From positions 1 to 15,149 of the forward strand of contig JAWXBZ010000015.1 of NCBI GenBank assembly GCA_034440375.1: DNA of 15,149 bases. Reading direction: 5' to 3'. This DNA comes from Candidatus Eiseniibacteriota bacterium (GTDB taxonomy: Bacteria; Eisenbacteria; RBG-16-71-46; JABDJR01; JAWXBZ01). A program made the position numbers and the translations under genes. Below, piece after piece: positions 1 through 8,029 of this stretch. Every line of letters starts with the position of its first letter. Positions within the stretch are counted from its first letter, which is position 1. The notes below the pieces were generated by a model, which was given only the letters and a program-made list of their open reading frames with translations, ran no database searches and had not been told where the DNA came from.

Positions 1-2
1 CG

Positions 3-434
3 GGCGTGGCGCGATTCGCCTGGTTCGCAATCCTGTTCGGGATATGGGATCTCGTCTACTACCTGGCGCTGAAACTGGTGCTTGGCTGGCCGGCCAGCCT
101 GCTGACCTGGGATGTTCTCTTCCTGATACCGTTCGTCTGGACCGGACCGGTCCTGGCGCCGGTCCTGATCTCGATCGGTCTGATCGGGGCGGGAACCACG
201 CTCCTCCGGTTCGAGGCGATGGGGCGTCCGATACCACTGACATCCCTCGATTGGACTGGCCTTGGGCTATCGTTCGCCCTGCTTCTGGCCAGTTTCGGAA
301 CGAACCATCAACGCGTGGTCGGAGGCGGAATTCCGGATCGGTTCTCCTGGGAGATGTTTGCCGGCGGGTGCGCAGTTGCGACCCTGGTGGCTTTTCGAAC
401 CTGGCAGACCGGCCGTCGTGTCGCCGCGGCCTGA
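3..434 (+). CDS. Conserved hypothetical integral membrane protein, 5'-truncated by the window edge
   Basis: The frame is open from the window start to TGA at 432-434. It has several hydrophobic helices and the family-like motif FGIWDLVYY...GWPASLLTWDVLFLIPxxWxGPVLAP. Confidence 0.75.
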   Translation, partial: GVARFAWFAILFGIWDLVYYLALKLVLGWPASLLTWDVLFLIPFVWTGPVLAPVLISIGLIGAGTTLLRFEAMGRPIPLTSLDWTGLGLSFALLLASFGTNHQRVVGGGIPDRFSWEMFAGGCAVATLVAFRTWQTGRRVAAA

Positions 435-2843
435 TTCGAACAGCGTGGCGGATTCCGAACTGATTCGCCGGCCCACGACTTCCACGGTGCCGAGCTTGAT
501 ACCGGGGTTGCCTTCGGTGGGGTATCCGCCGGGCGCCACGTAGAGCGCGTAGCGCCCCGTCGTCACGTCGCGCGGGATCATGAGATTGAATTGATCCGCC
601 ATGACGGATCCTGTCGGCAACTGGCGGGATCGAAAAGCGGCGTAGGCCAGCGGGCGGGGAAAGAGGATGGCGTCGCCGCGGCCCAGGACGGTGGTGCGCC
701 ACTGCCGCCCGAACCAGCGGCTTCTTGACCCGTAGGCTTCCTCGCGCAGCAGTTTGACGTGCCAGTTGGGGCCGGCGGGGGTCGGTCGCCACTCGTAGTA
801 AAGCGTCACGAAGAGCGTGTCGCCGCGGCCAATCTGGTCCGGGCCGACCACCGCGCCAATTCCGGTCGCCCGATCAAACCGGACCCCGGTGCCGGGTTCG
901 AGAAGCGAACCGAACATCTCGTGGGGGATGAGTAACTGCGTCAAGACCGACGCGGCGGTCGGGGCCACGCCTGGTACCGAGGGATCCCACGACCAGGCTT
1001 TGATGCCATCCACCTCAAAGGTTTGGGTGAGCCCGGGCATGGTTTGCCGAATCAGCTCCATCTTGTCGAAGGCCAGCGGATTCACGAATCGTCTGTTCAT
1101 GAGGATCCAATCGGCGCCCGAGCGGCGTAGGGCCAGAATCGTGCTGTCCGGCGGGGACAACGGATCCATCACGAGCTCCTGCCAGTGTCGGCGTTCCGCG
1201 TAGTTCCGTGCCTGGAAGGCGAAGTCGGCCCGCTGGTGCGCCACGATCGACAGGGGCGCGAATGTCGCAATCGAGTACGAGGTGACCGGGTCGGCCAGGA
1301 CGGTCTGGCCCGGTGTCGATTCGGCGCGCAGCCGTGCCAGGGCACCGAGCCACGACACCGGTGATTCACCATCCTCGCGGGCGCGGGCCGCCGGGAAATA
1401 ATCACCCTGGATACGGATCAGGGTTTGCGGCGCGATGAAGAGGATCGACACGAGGGCGAGGAGCCCGGCCCGGCGCGCCAGGGTTTTCTCGGCCGACCAA
1501 TCGGCCAGGGCCCAGGCCAGCAGAACAAGGCTCGGAAAGAGGGTGAGGTTCAGCAGTCGTGTGGCCACCTGCAGGCCGGCCGCCTTCGCCACCAGCGGGA
1601 AAACGAGCGGGTTCATCACGATCAGGATCGGAAGGACGAGAAGGGTGATCAGCGCCAGCACGCGCGGGTCGCGTCGAGCGCGCGGCCAGAACCAGAAGAG
1701 GAGCAGCAAGGCAGGCAATGGGTGCCAGATTCGTTGGAAATACCAGACAAAGGGGTCTGGAATGTAGAGGGGACCAAAGTGTCGAAGCGGGGCGTAAACG
1801 TCCCGGAAGAACTGATCCATGGCCTTTGGGTCGACGGCGTCCAGGTGTGTGGTGGCCACCACCAGCACGATCGGCAGGAGGCCCACGGCCACGGAGAGAG
1901 TTTCCAGGATCGCCGATCGTGATGAATCTCCCGCCTTTCGATCGTATAGCAGGAAGCAGAGGCCGGTCAGCCCGACGACAAAGGCACACTGCACCACGAG
2001 GAAGTGATGCAGTGTGGCGGACGCCGCAGCCATGAATGCGGCCAGCACGAGTAGTCGATTCCCGCCGGCTCGCCGGTGAAGGAAGATAGCTCCCCACGCA
2101 ACCAGGAAAAGGGCGTCGGCCAGCATCTGGTGGTGAAGGCTGTTGCGAAAGAGGAAAAACGGTCCGTAAACCAGCAAGTAGACCAGGCCGGCCCAAAGGC
2201 CGGCTGACGCCGATCCGACGATCCAGGTGACGGCCAGAATGACCGCGCCCAGTTCGAGCGGGGTCGCGACAATGGTCAGAACGGAACCAGTCGTTGCGAC
2301 GTCGGTGCCGGAGAGCTCGGCAACCGCCGCCAGGATGGCGTAAAACGTCGGATCGTACGGAGCGTGCAGGTCCGGGCCATACGGGCTTCCCGCGACGAGC
2401 CTCCCCTCCCGTTGGATATGGGCGGCCCGGTTGAAGTACTCCCAGGTGTCGGCCCCACCGCTCGTGTACGTGCCGAAGGGAAGGGCAATCAGCGCGGACA
2501 GGAGGACGAGACGCACGACCCAGGCGGGCTGCGAGCCCTGGAAGAAGGCGAAGGCGTCGGTCCTCTGACCTTCCGGGCGCCGTCGGAATCGCCAGGCGAT
2601 GACGGCGGCGGCACCGACCGCCGCCCAGGTCGCCATCGCACCCGTCAACGAGCCGTTGAGACGCGCGGTCACCCATAACGTCAACGCCAACCCGCCAAGT
2701 CCGATCAGGCCGGATGCCAGGAGATAGGGGCCCTTTGGCGGCCGCCGGTCATGGAGGAAAAGTGGAGCCAGTGCCAGACCGGGAAGCAGGAGAACAAGGG
2801 AGGCCAGGAGAACGCGGCCGATGTCTGGAAGGCTTAAGGGCAT
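267..2843 (-). CDS. Large polytopic membrane protein, probable GT-C superfamily (PMT/ArnT/STT3-like) glycosyltransferase with an extracytoplasmic C-terminal domain
   Basis: 858 aa with roughly 13 hydrophobic segments in the first ~470 aa. An acidic loop motif GGADTWEYF follows the early TM helices. The soluble region contains PGQTVLADP and LRRSGADWILMN, then an Ig-like tail (GDTLFVTLYY...IPRDVTTGRYALYV...LGTVEV). The family is inferred from architecture. Confidence 0.6.
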   Translation of the reverse strand: MPLSLPDIGRVLLASLVLLLPGLALAPLFLHDRRPPKGPYLLASGLIGLGGLALTLWVTARLNGSLTGAMATWAAVGAAAVIAWRFRRRPEGQRTDAFAFFQGSQPAWVVRLVLLSALIALPFGTYTSGGADTWEYFNRAAHIQREGRLVAGSPYGPDLHAPYDPTFYAILAAVAELSGTDVATTGSVLTIVATPLELGAVILAVTWIVGSASAGLWAGLVYLLVYGPFFLFRNSLHHQMLADALFLVAWGAIFLHRRAGGNRLLVLAAFMAAASATLHHFLVVQCAFVVGLTGLCFLLYDRKAGDSSRSAILETLSVAVGLLPIVLVVATTHLDAVDPKAMDQFFRDVYAPLRHFGPLYIPDPFVWYFQRIWHPLPALLLLFWFWPRARRDPRVLALITLLVLPILIVMNPLVFPLVAKAAGLQVATRLLNLTLFPSLVLLAWALADWSAEKTLARRAGLLALVSILFIAPQTLIRIQGDYFPAARAREDGESPVSWLGALARLRAESTPGQTVLADPVTSYSIATFAPLSIVAHQRADFAFQARNYAERRHWQELVMDPLSPPDSTILALRRSGADWILMNRRFVNPLAFDKMELIRQTMPGLTQTFEVDGIKAWSWDPSVPGVAPTAASVLTQLLIPHEMFGSLLEPGTGVRFDRATGIGAVVGPDQIGRGDTLFVTLYYEWRPTPAGPNWHVKLLREEAYGSRSRWFGRQWRTTVLGRGDAILFPRPLAYAAFRSRQLPTGSVMADQFNLMIPRDVTTGRYALYVAPGGYPTEGNPGIKLGTVEVVGRRISSESATLFESGRGDTTAGLPGSKSHQGRNCAPAGKHLPGEPIRNSASDHALMVRSETGQKQGER

Positions 2844-2874
2844 CCGGTATTGAAACCCGCCGCCCCTCGGTGAA

Positions 2875-3366
2875 TCAAGCCGGCGAGGCGCCCCTTCGAT
2901 CGATTCGACCCGCTCCAGTCAGATCGTGCTGGCACCAGGGGCAGACGCGGAAGGCCGGATCGGCCCGTCGCCCGCATCCAGGGCAAGCGCGGGCCACGGG
3001 CGCTTCGCAGTTCGGACAGACGACATAGTCATCCTTCACCGGGGTGGCGCAATTCGGACAGTGACGTTGCTTCGGCGTGCGCATGAGGAGGTAGACCAGG
3101 AAGCCCGGGAGGCTGGCGAAGAAAAAAATGAGCAGGGCCCAGAGCGCGCCGCGCATGCCACGCGATTCCGCATCGTAGTAAACGTAGCCGGCCAGCAGCA
3201 TCATCATGAGAAATCCGGCCCCAAGGCAGGTCCAGAGGAGAATCGTCGGCACCATCTCGCCGAGCGATCCCTGCCACAACGACACGCTGATGGCAAAAAG
3301 GGCTCCGCTGACCCAGGAAACCAGGCCGGCGGCAGCCGAGGCCAATGCCAGGGTGCGGGTACTCAT
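2875..3366 (-). CDS. Membrane protein with a PLDc_N-like TM hairpin and a C-terminal double zinc ribbon
   Basis: N-terminal TM helices; YVYYDAESRGMRGALWALLIFF...GFLVYLLMR; four CxxC motifs (CPNC, CPNC, CPGC, CPWC). ATGA overlap with the upstream gene at 3363-3366. Confidence 0.85.
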   Translation of the reverse strand: MSTRTLALASAAAGLVSWVSGALFAISVSLWQGSLGEMVPTILLWTCLGAGFLMMMLLAGYVYYDAESRGMRGALWALLIFFFASLPGFLVYLLMRTPKQRHCPNCATPVKDDYVVCPNCEAPVARACPGCGRRADPAFRVCPWCQHDLTGAGRIDRRGASPA

Positions 3367-3917
3367 TCATTCCCTCCGCGGTTCCGTTCCCGGGGATGAG
3401 GTTCCGATTCGGTGGAGCGGGCAGCCCGAATCGCCAGGAGGACCACCGACACGATGGTGCCGCCGGCAAATTGAAGGAGGGTCAGCCGGGCCCCGATGCG
3501 GAGCAGCCCTTCCGCGGCAATCGACTGGCCCATCGGGTATCCATGATCAAAGACAAGGAGGAGGAGCACGGCGGTCGCGCCGGCCATGCCGAGAGCTCCG
3601 GTCCAGATCAGGCGGATCTCCTCACGATTGACCGGCTTCTCGGTCCGTTTCCAGTGAGGCTCGAGAAAATCGATGGTTCGCAGGGCCAGCCCCTGGGGTG
3701 GCATGGCACTTTTCCAGTGAGGTTGCACGCGGGAGGTCATCGCCAACCCTTCGGCCAGTTCGCGGCAGGCAACGCACCCATCGAGGTGGCGGCGAAGGTC
3801 GGGTGGCCACGTCGTCTCCAGACTTGGGCCGGGTGATCCCGTGGTCGACAGAAGTCGATCCTGGAAAGGGTTGCACGACTGCCGGCGCGGCGCGAACGGA
3901 TTCCAGCGAATGGTCAT
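3363..3917 (-). CDS. Zinc-binding anti-sigma factor (ZAS/zf-HC2) with two TM helices
   Basis: HxxxCxxC motif (RRHLDGCVACR) with an upstream Cys (QSCNPF), and two C-terminal hydrophobic helices. Coupled by ATGA overlap (3914-3917) to the ECF sigma gene. Confidence 0.8.
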   Translation of the reverse strand: MTIRWNPFAPRRQSCNPFQDRLLSTTGSPGPSLETTWPPDLRRHLDGCVACRELAEGLAMTSRVQPHWKSAMPPQGLALRTIDFLEPHWKRTEKPVNREEIRLIWTGALGMAGATAVLLLLVFDHGYPMGQSIAAEGLLRIGARLTLLQFAGGTIVSVVLLAIRAARSTESEPHPRERNRGGNE

Positions 3918-4528
3918 GAGGATGTCGCCATTGGCGCGAGGCCGAGGCGATCCAGCGAACGCCGAAGCGAGACGACCGCATGATGGATGTTTGATTTCAC
4001 GGCGGCCAGCGAACAGCGTTGGGCCCGCGCGATCTCTTCGTAGGTAAGGCCCTGGTAATGTCGGAGCACAAAGGCCTCGCGTTGCCGATCCGGCAGTGCT
4101 TGAACAAATCGGGCCACCTGTTCACCCACATCGCTCCCTTCGGCCACCGCGTCCGGCAGCAAGTCCGGGGAGGGGAACATCTCGCCCAACGTCGTATCCG
4201 TGTCCCCGGTCAGCGGCTGGTCCAGCGATCGGTGGTTTCGGAGCTTCCCCCGGCGGGCGGCATCGCGGCAGAGGTTGGTGGCGATGCGATAGAGCCAGGG
4301 CGCAAAGCGGAATTCCGGATTGAATCGATCCACGGCCCTGAGGATCCGGTACCAGGTTTCCTGGAAAGCGTCCTCGGCGGCTTCGTCGTGTCGGAGTAGC
4401 CGACGCAGGTATCCGTAAAGCGGTTGCTCGTAGCGGTATACCAATTCGGCGAAAGCGGCCCGATCGCCGGTTTGTGCCCGGGCCATGAGCTCCTCATCTC
4501 TGAAATCGTCGTAACGCGGGGCCTCCAC
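3914..4528 (-). CDS. ECF-type RNA polymerase sigma-70 factor
   Basis: Region 2 (DEELMARAQTGDRAAFAELV...AEDAFQETW...FAPWLYRIATNLCRD) and region 4 (LPDRQREAFVLRHYQGLTYEEIA...AVKSNIHHA). Start placed at GTG 4528 with AGGA 8 nt upstream, because the ORF-track extension to 4636 runs through AT-rich promoter-like DNA. Confidence 0.93.
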   Translation of the reverse strand: MEAPRYDDFRDEELMARAQTGDRAAFAELVYRYEQPLYGYLRRLLRHDEAAEDAFQETWYRILRAVDRFNPEFRFAPWLYRIATNLCRDAARRGKLRNHRSLDQPLTGDTDTTLGEMFPSPDLLPDAVAEGSDVGEQVARFVQALPDRQREAFVLRHYQGLTYEEIARAQRCSLAAVKSNIHHAVVSLRRSLDRLGLAPMATSS

Positions 4529-4610
4529 AGGTAGGATCCTACGCTGATACGGGGGAAGAGTCGCGCCTTGCGTTTCAATCTCCGGGCCGTCCGGTGACTT
4601 GATGTAAAAG

Positions 4611-4639
4611 TTGTCAAATGTAGATGTCGAGTACATATT
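4611..4639 (+). promoter_or_regulatory. Candidate sigma70 promoter for the kinase/regulator operon
   Basis: TTGTCA (4611-4616), 17 nt spacer, CATATT (4634-4639), within a locally AT-rich patch between divergent genes. Confidence 0.5.
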
Positions 4640-4733
4640 AACTGGTGAGCCAAGGCCTCCTCTCCGGGTCGCCGGAAGGCTGTGATGCGGAAGCTTCGGC
4701 GCCTCGCTTCACAATCAGGCAGGAGGCAATCCA

Positions 4734-5966
4734 TTGCATTGGAAAGATTTGGGGTCTTTTCGTTTCCGCCACCTCGGGCTTATTGTTGCGTTGTTGTTGG
4801 CCCATGTGTTGCGCCTCCCGGGCGGCCATGATGATCGAATTCTCTGGATCGTCGGCCTGCTCGCACTCGCCAATCTTGTCCTCGACCAGATGTCGAGGCG
4901 CAACCGGGCTGGAGGGTGGCCAACTCTTGTCGCGGCCCTGATCTCCCTCTGCGGCTGGTCGTTGCTGATCCGTTTCACCGGTGGGATTGCCTCCCCATTC
5001 CTGGCCGGGCTTATGGCCGAGGTCGTCCTGACCGGCTTCGAGATCTCGCCGACTCGGACAATGCTGGTCACAGGGGCGTCGATACTGGGATTCTGGGTTG
5101 CATCCTCGATCATTCAGACTCCGCACGAAATCAGAAGCCAGCTCATCATGAGCGGGGTGTTGGCGGCTGTTGGAGCCGTGACGGCCATCCAGGCCCGGCG
5201 CGGACGCATTGCCCGGATGTTGCTGGAACAAAGTCTGTGCGACGTTCGCCGCCGACTCGAGTCACTGGATGAGTCCGCCGATCGCCTTCCCTCACCGGCC
5301 GAGGATCGCCGAATCCGGATTGCTCACGGGCTGAAGAACAGTGTTCATTCGTTAAGGGGCCTGGTTGCGCTCCTCGATTCGGAAGTGACTGACTCCGGCC
5401 GGGGACGAAGAATCCTCGGCGCCCTGGTGAGCCTGGCTGATCAAATCGAGGACTTCGCTCGCCTCGCAATTCGGGAGCCGAAGGCCTCGCTCCGCATTGC
5501 GGAGGACTCTGTGGACGCCGCACGTGCGTTGGAACCGATACTGAGCGAAGCCCGACTGATCTGGCCTCATCTTCAGTTCGAGGGAGTTCACGCGGCGGCG
5601 CCGTTGCCCATCGCCCTGTCCCCGGGTGAGTTTCACGAAGTTCTGCTGAACCTCCTGTCAAACGCGGCAGAGAGCGCAGGCCAGGGGATGGTTCGCGTGT
5701 CGATTCGTCGCTCCAGCCTCGGAATTGACATCATCGTGGAAGATGACGGCCCGGGGCCGCCAGCCAATATGCTCCATCAAACGGGAAAAACCGGTTTTTC
5801 CACCCGGGGGGAGGGACGGGGCTACGGGCTGGTTATCGTTCAGCAACTGGTCGAGCGGGTCGGGGGACGCCTCGATGTCGGCAGCGGGATCCGGGGCGGC
5901 GGCTGCATCCAGATGGCCCTGCCGGCGGGCGGAGATGGGTCGGCATGCCGCCAACTTCAATCCTGA
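4734..5966 (+). CDS. Sensor histidine kinase with a PilS/RegB-like intramembrane sensor domain
   Basis: TTG start with SD AGGAGG at 4721-4726. About 5-6 closely spaced TM helices including FTGGIASPF. H-box IAHGLKNS, N-box EVLLNLLSNAAES, G1 VEDDGPG, F-box GFSTR, G2 GRGYGL. Confidence 0.92.
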   Translation: MHWKDLGSFRFRHLGLIVALLLAHVLRLPGGHDDRILWIVGLLALANLVLDQMSRRNRAGGWPTLVAALISLCGWSLLIRFTGGIASPFLAGLMAEVVLTGFEISPTRTMLVTGASILGFWVASSIIQTPHEIRSQLIMSGVLAAVGAVTAIQARRGRIARMLLEQSLCDVRRRLESLDESADRLPSPAEDRRIRIAHGLKNSVHSLRGLVALLDSEVTDSGRGRRILGALVSLADQIEDFARLAIREPKASLRIAEDSVDAARALEPILSEARLIWPHLQFEGVHAAAPLPIALSPGEFHEVLLNLLSNAAESAGQGMVRVSIRRSSLGIDIIVEDDGPGPPANMLHQTGKTGFSTRGEGRGYGLVIVQQLVERVGGRLDVGSGIRGGGCIQMALPAGGDGSACRQLQS

Positions 5967-7297
5967 TCATCGATGACGACCCGATCGCGGCGGAATTCGC
6001 CCGGCTGACGCTGGAAACCGATGGCCATGAGATTCGCCTGGCCAGTGATGGTCGGGCGGCCATTCTGGCGATCGAAGACGAGATGCCCGCGCTCGTCCTG
6101 TGCGATGTCCAGATGCCCGGCCTCAACGGTATCGGATTTCTTTGCCACGCCCGGCCTCGTTGGCCGAAACTACCGATCGTCATGCTCACCGTTCAGGATG
6201 ACGTGGCCGATGTCGTTCGCTTCATCCGGGCGGGGGCATCCAATTACCTGGTCAAGCCGATTCACCCGGAACCCCTTCGGGCCGCGGTGAGGCAGGCGCT
6301 CGCCGAGCGGTCGGCCTGTTTCGAGGAGGGTGAACACGCGAATTCTCCCGGAATCATCGGGACCTCCCTGGGGATGATTGAAGCCCGCCGCCTCATCGCA
6401 CTGGCTGCCCGAACCGAACTCAACGTCCTCGTCTTCGGAGAGACCGGAACGGGCAAGGAACTCGTAGCCCGGGCCATCCACGCATCGAGCAGCCGACGAT
6501 CCGGACCATTCCTCCCCGAAAACTGCTCCGCCGTCCCGACCGATCTGTTCGAGAGCGAATTCTTTGGCCATTTGCGCGGAGCCTATACGGGAGCGGCGGG
6601 CGATCATCGGGGCCGGATTGAGGCCGCGAACGGCGGCACTCTCTTCCTGGACGAGCTGGAGATGTTGTCGCTTGCGCATCAGGCCAAGCTCCTCCGCGTC
6701 ATTGAAGACGGGGAGGTCCGCCCCGTGGGTGCCATGGCCACTCGGTCGGTCTCCGTCCGCTATGTTGCGGCCACCAATCGAGAACCCGCCGGGATGCTGG
6801 AACGGGGTGAGCTTCGGGCGGATCTCTACTATCGGCTGAGGGGGTTTGAGCTTCGACTCCCCCCGCTACGAGAGCGTCCGGAAGACATCGCGCCGTTGGT
6901 TCGGCACTTTGTCGGGCAGGAGAGGTCGATTGCGGCTTCCGCGATCGAGTACCTGATGGCCCGTCCCTGGCCCGGAAATGTCCGTGAGCTGCAGAATGTA
7001 ATCCGATGGGCGCTGAGCCTGGCGGGGGGCGGACCGCTTCGGGCCGACCATTTCGCGGCGGCGGGCCCGGTAACTGCGGCAATCCGATCAGCTCCTCCAG
7101 AAGGCACGATTCGTATGCTCACCGTCGATGCGATTCGGGAGGCACTCCGGCGACATGGCGGCAACCGAACCCGGGCGGCCCATGAACTCGGAATTGATCG
7201 TTCCACACTTCGCCGCCGCATGACCGAAGCGGCGCCCGCCCCTGCTCCGGCGAACGCCGCTTCCAGTTCATTCATTCGACCAAACCGTCGGAGCTGA
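5945..7297 (+). CDS. Sigma54-dependent response regulator, NtrC/PilR/AtoC family (REC-AAA+-Fis HTH)
   Basis: REC domain (IIDDD, LCDVQMPG, MLT, YLVKP); Walker A GETGTGKE; ESEFFGHLRGAYTGA; Walker B LFLDE; RADLYYRL; WPGNVRELQN; HTH GNRTRAAHELGIDRSTLRRR. Overlaps the kinase by 22 nt. Confidence 0.96.
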   Translation: MPPTSILIIDDDPIAAEFARLTLETDGHEIRLASDGRAAILAIEDEMPALVLCDVQMPGLNGIGFLCHARPRWPKLPIVMLTVQDDVADVVRFIRAGASNYLVKPIHPEPLRAAVRQALAERSACFEEGEHANSPGIIGTSLGMIEARRLIALAARTELNVLVFGETGTGKELVARAIHASSSRRSGPFLPENCSAVPTDLFESEFFGHLRGAYTGAAGDHRGRIEAANGGTLFLDELEMLSLAHQAKLLRVIEDGEVRPVGAMATRSVSVRYVAATNREPAGMLERGELRADLYYRLRGFELRLPPLRERPEDIAPLVRHFVGQERSIAASAIEYLMARPWPGNVRELQNVIRWALSLAGGGPLRADHFAAAGPVTAAIRSAPPEGTIRMLTVDAIREALRRHGGNRTRAAHELGIDRSTLRRRMTEAAPAPAPANAASSSFIRPNRRS

Positions 7298-7327
7298 GGC
7301 TCAGCCGGCGGTCGTCCATGTGTCGTG

Positions 7328-7873
7328 TCAAGCGAGCCCGGGCGTATTCCGATTGCGCAGCATCCAGACGCCGGATCCAAGCATCAGGGCAATCAGCAGG
7401 AGGAAGCCCCACTCGGACAGCGTGGGGATGCCGGTCGAGACGCCCATGACCTGGGCGTAGGTGAGGCCATCAATCGTTAAACCAGTGAGGGTGAGCTCCG
7501 AATAGGCTCCCGCGGCCGGGCGAACGTATATCCGGAAACTCCGATCGAGGTCGTCAAGCACGTCGATCTTGGTCTGGTCCCCGTTCCGCACGAAGTAGAT
7601 GCTCCCCGTGGCGTCCACCCAGACGGTTTCCAGCTTGTCACGCACCAACCCCGCCGGATCAAAGGCATCCAGCGTTGTGAGTGGGCCGGTAGCCAGGACG
7701 GTGGTGCCGTTCGAGGCGCGGATTTCGAATTGAACATCTGTTCCGGCTGCTGCTGTTCCCGAGATCATGATCCACGACGCCGAATAGGGTGCCGTCTGAG
7801 CATTGCTGCTACCGACCATGAAGCAACCGGCAAGTGCCGCGAACAGTGTGACCAATCGATTACGACGAAGCAT
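7328..7873 (-). CDS. Small secreted IPTL-CTERM sorting-domain protein (predicted exosortase-family target)
   Basis: N-terminal signal peptide. C-terminus IPTLSEWG + TM helix (FLLLIALMLGSGVWML) + basic RNR is the canonical IPTL-CTERM layout. Purine-rich RBS GAAGGGGG upstream of the ATG. Confidence 0.9.
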   Translation of the reverse strand: MLRRNRLVTLFAALAGCFMVGSSNAQTAPYSASWIMISGTAAAGTDVQFEIRASNGTTVLATGPLTTLDAFDPAGLVRDKLETVWVDATGSIYFVRNGDQTKIDVLDDLDRSFRIYVRPAAGAYSELTLTGLTIDGLTYAQVMGVSTGIPTLSEWGFLLLIALMLGSGVWMLRNRNTPGLA

Positions 7874-7938
7874 CTGATTCCCCCTTCAATTCTGAGCATG
7901 ACTGTCCGCCGGCAGGCGCCGGCACGACCACGCTGCTT

Positions 7939-7954
7939 TGCACGATTCATGCCG
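7939..7954 (-). promoter_or_regulatory. Sigma54 (RpoN) -24/-12 promoter of the IPTL-CTERM gene
   Basis: The minus strand reads CGGCATGAATCGTGCA, an exact GG-N10-GC close to consensus TGGCACG-N4-TTGCW, about 65 nt upstream of the ATG. Confidence 0.75.
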
Positions 7955-8029
7955 CGGTTTTCACCACTGGTAAGTCAGGGCTCCGTCACAATCTGGTGGG
8001 TTGTTGGCGAACGTCGGGCCGGACGAGGA

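Noticed and set aside
1402-2676. 424-aa alternative-frame minus-strand ORF and the many other Arg/Pro/Gly-rich ORFs in the track
   Set aside because: Their composition is typical of off-frame GC-rich sequence, and they lie inside better-supported genes.
4546-4577. SigW-like TGAAAC...CGTA autoregulatory promoter upstream of the ECF gene (minus strand)
   Set aside because: The spacer is 20 nt rather than about 16, so it cannot be supported without the ECF group consensus.
4529-4636. N-terminal extension of the sigma factor from ATG 4636
   Set aside because: It overlaps the AT-rich divergent promoter region and has no sigma-like sequence. GTG 4528 is preferred.
6578-6595. GAYTGA instead of GAFTGA in the activator
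   Set aside because: Tyr at this position occurs in functional sigma54 activators (DmpR/XylR-type), so it is not evidence of inactivity.
7293-7305. GCTGAG-G-CTCAGC palindrome between convergent genes as a terminator
   Set aside because: The loop is 1 nt, the stem is short, and neither strand has a U-tract.
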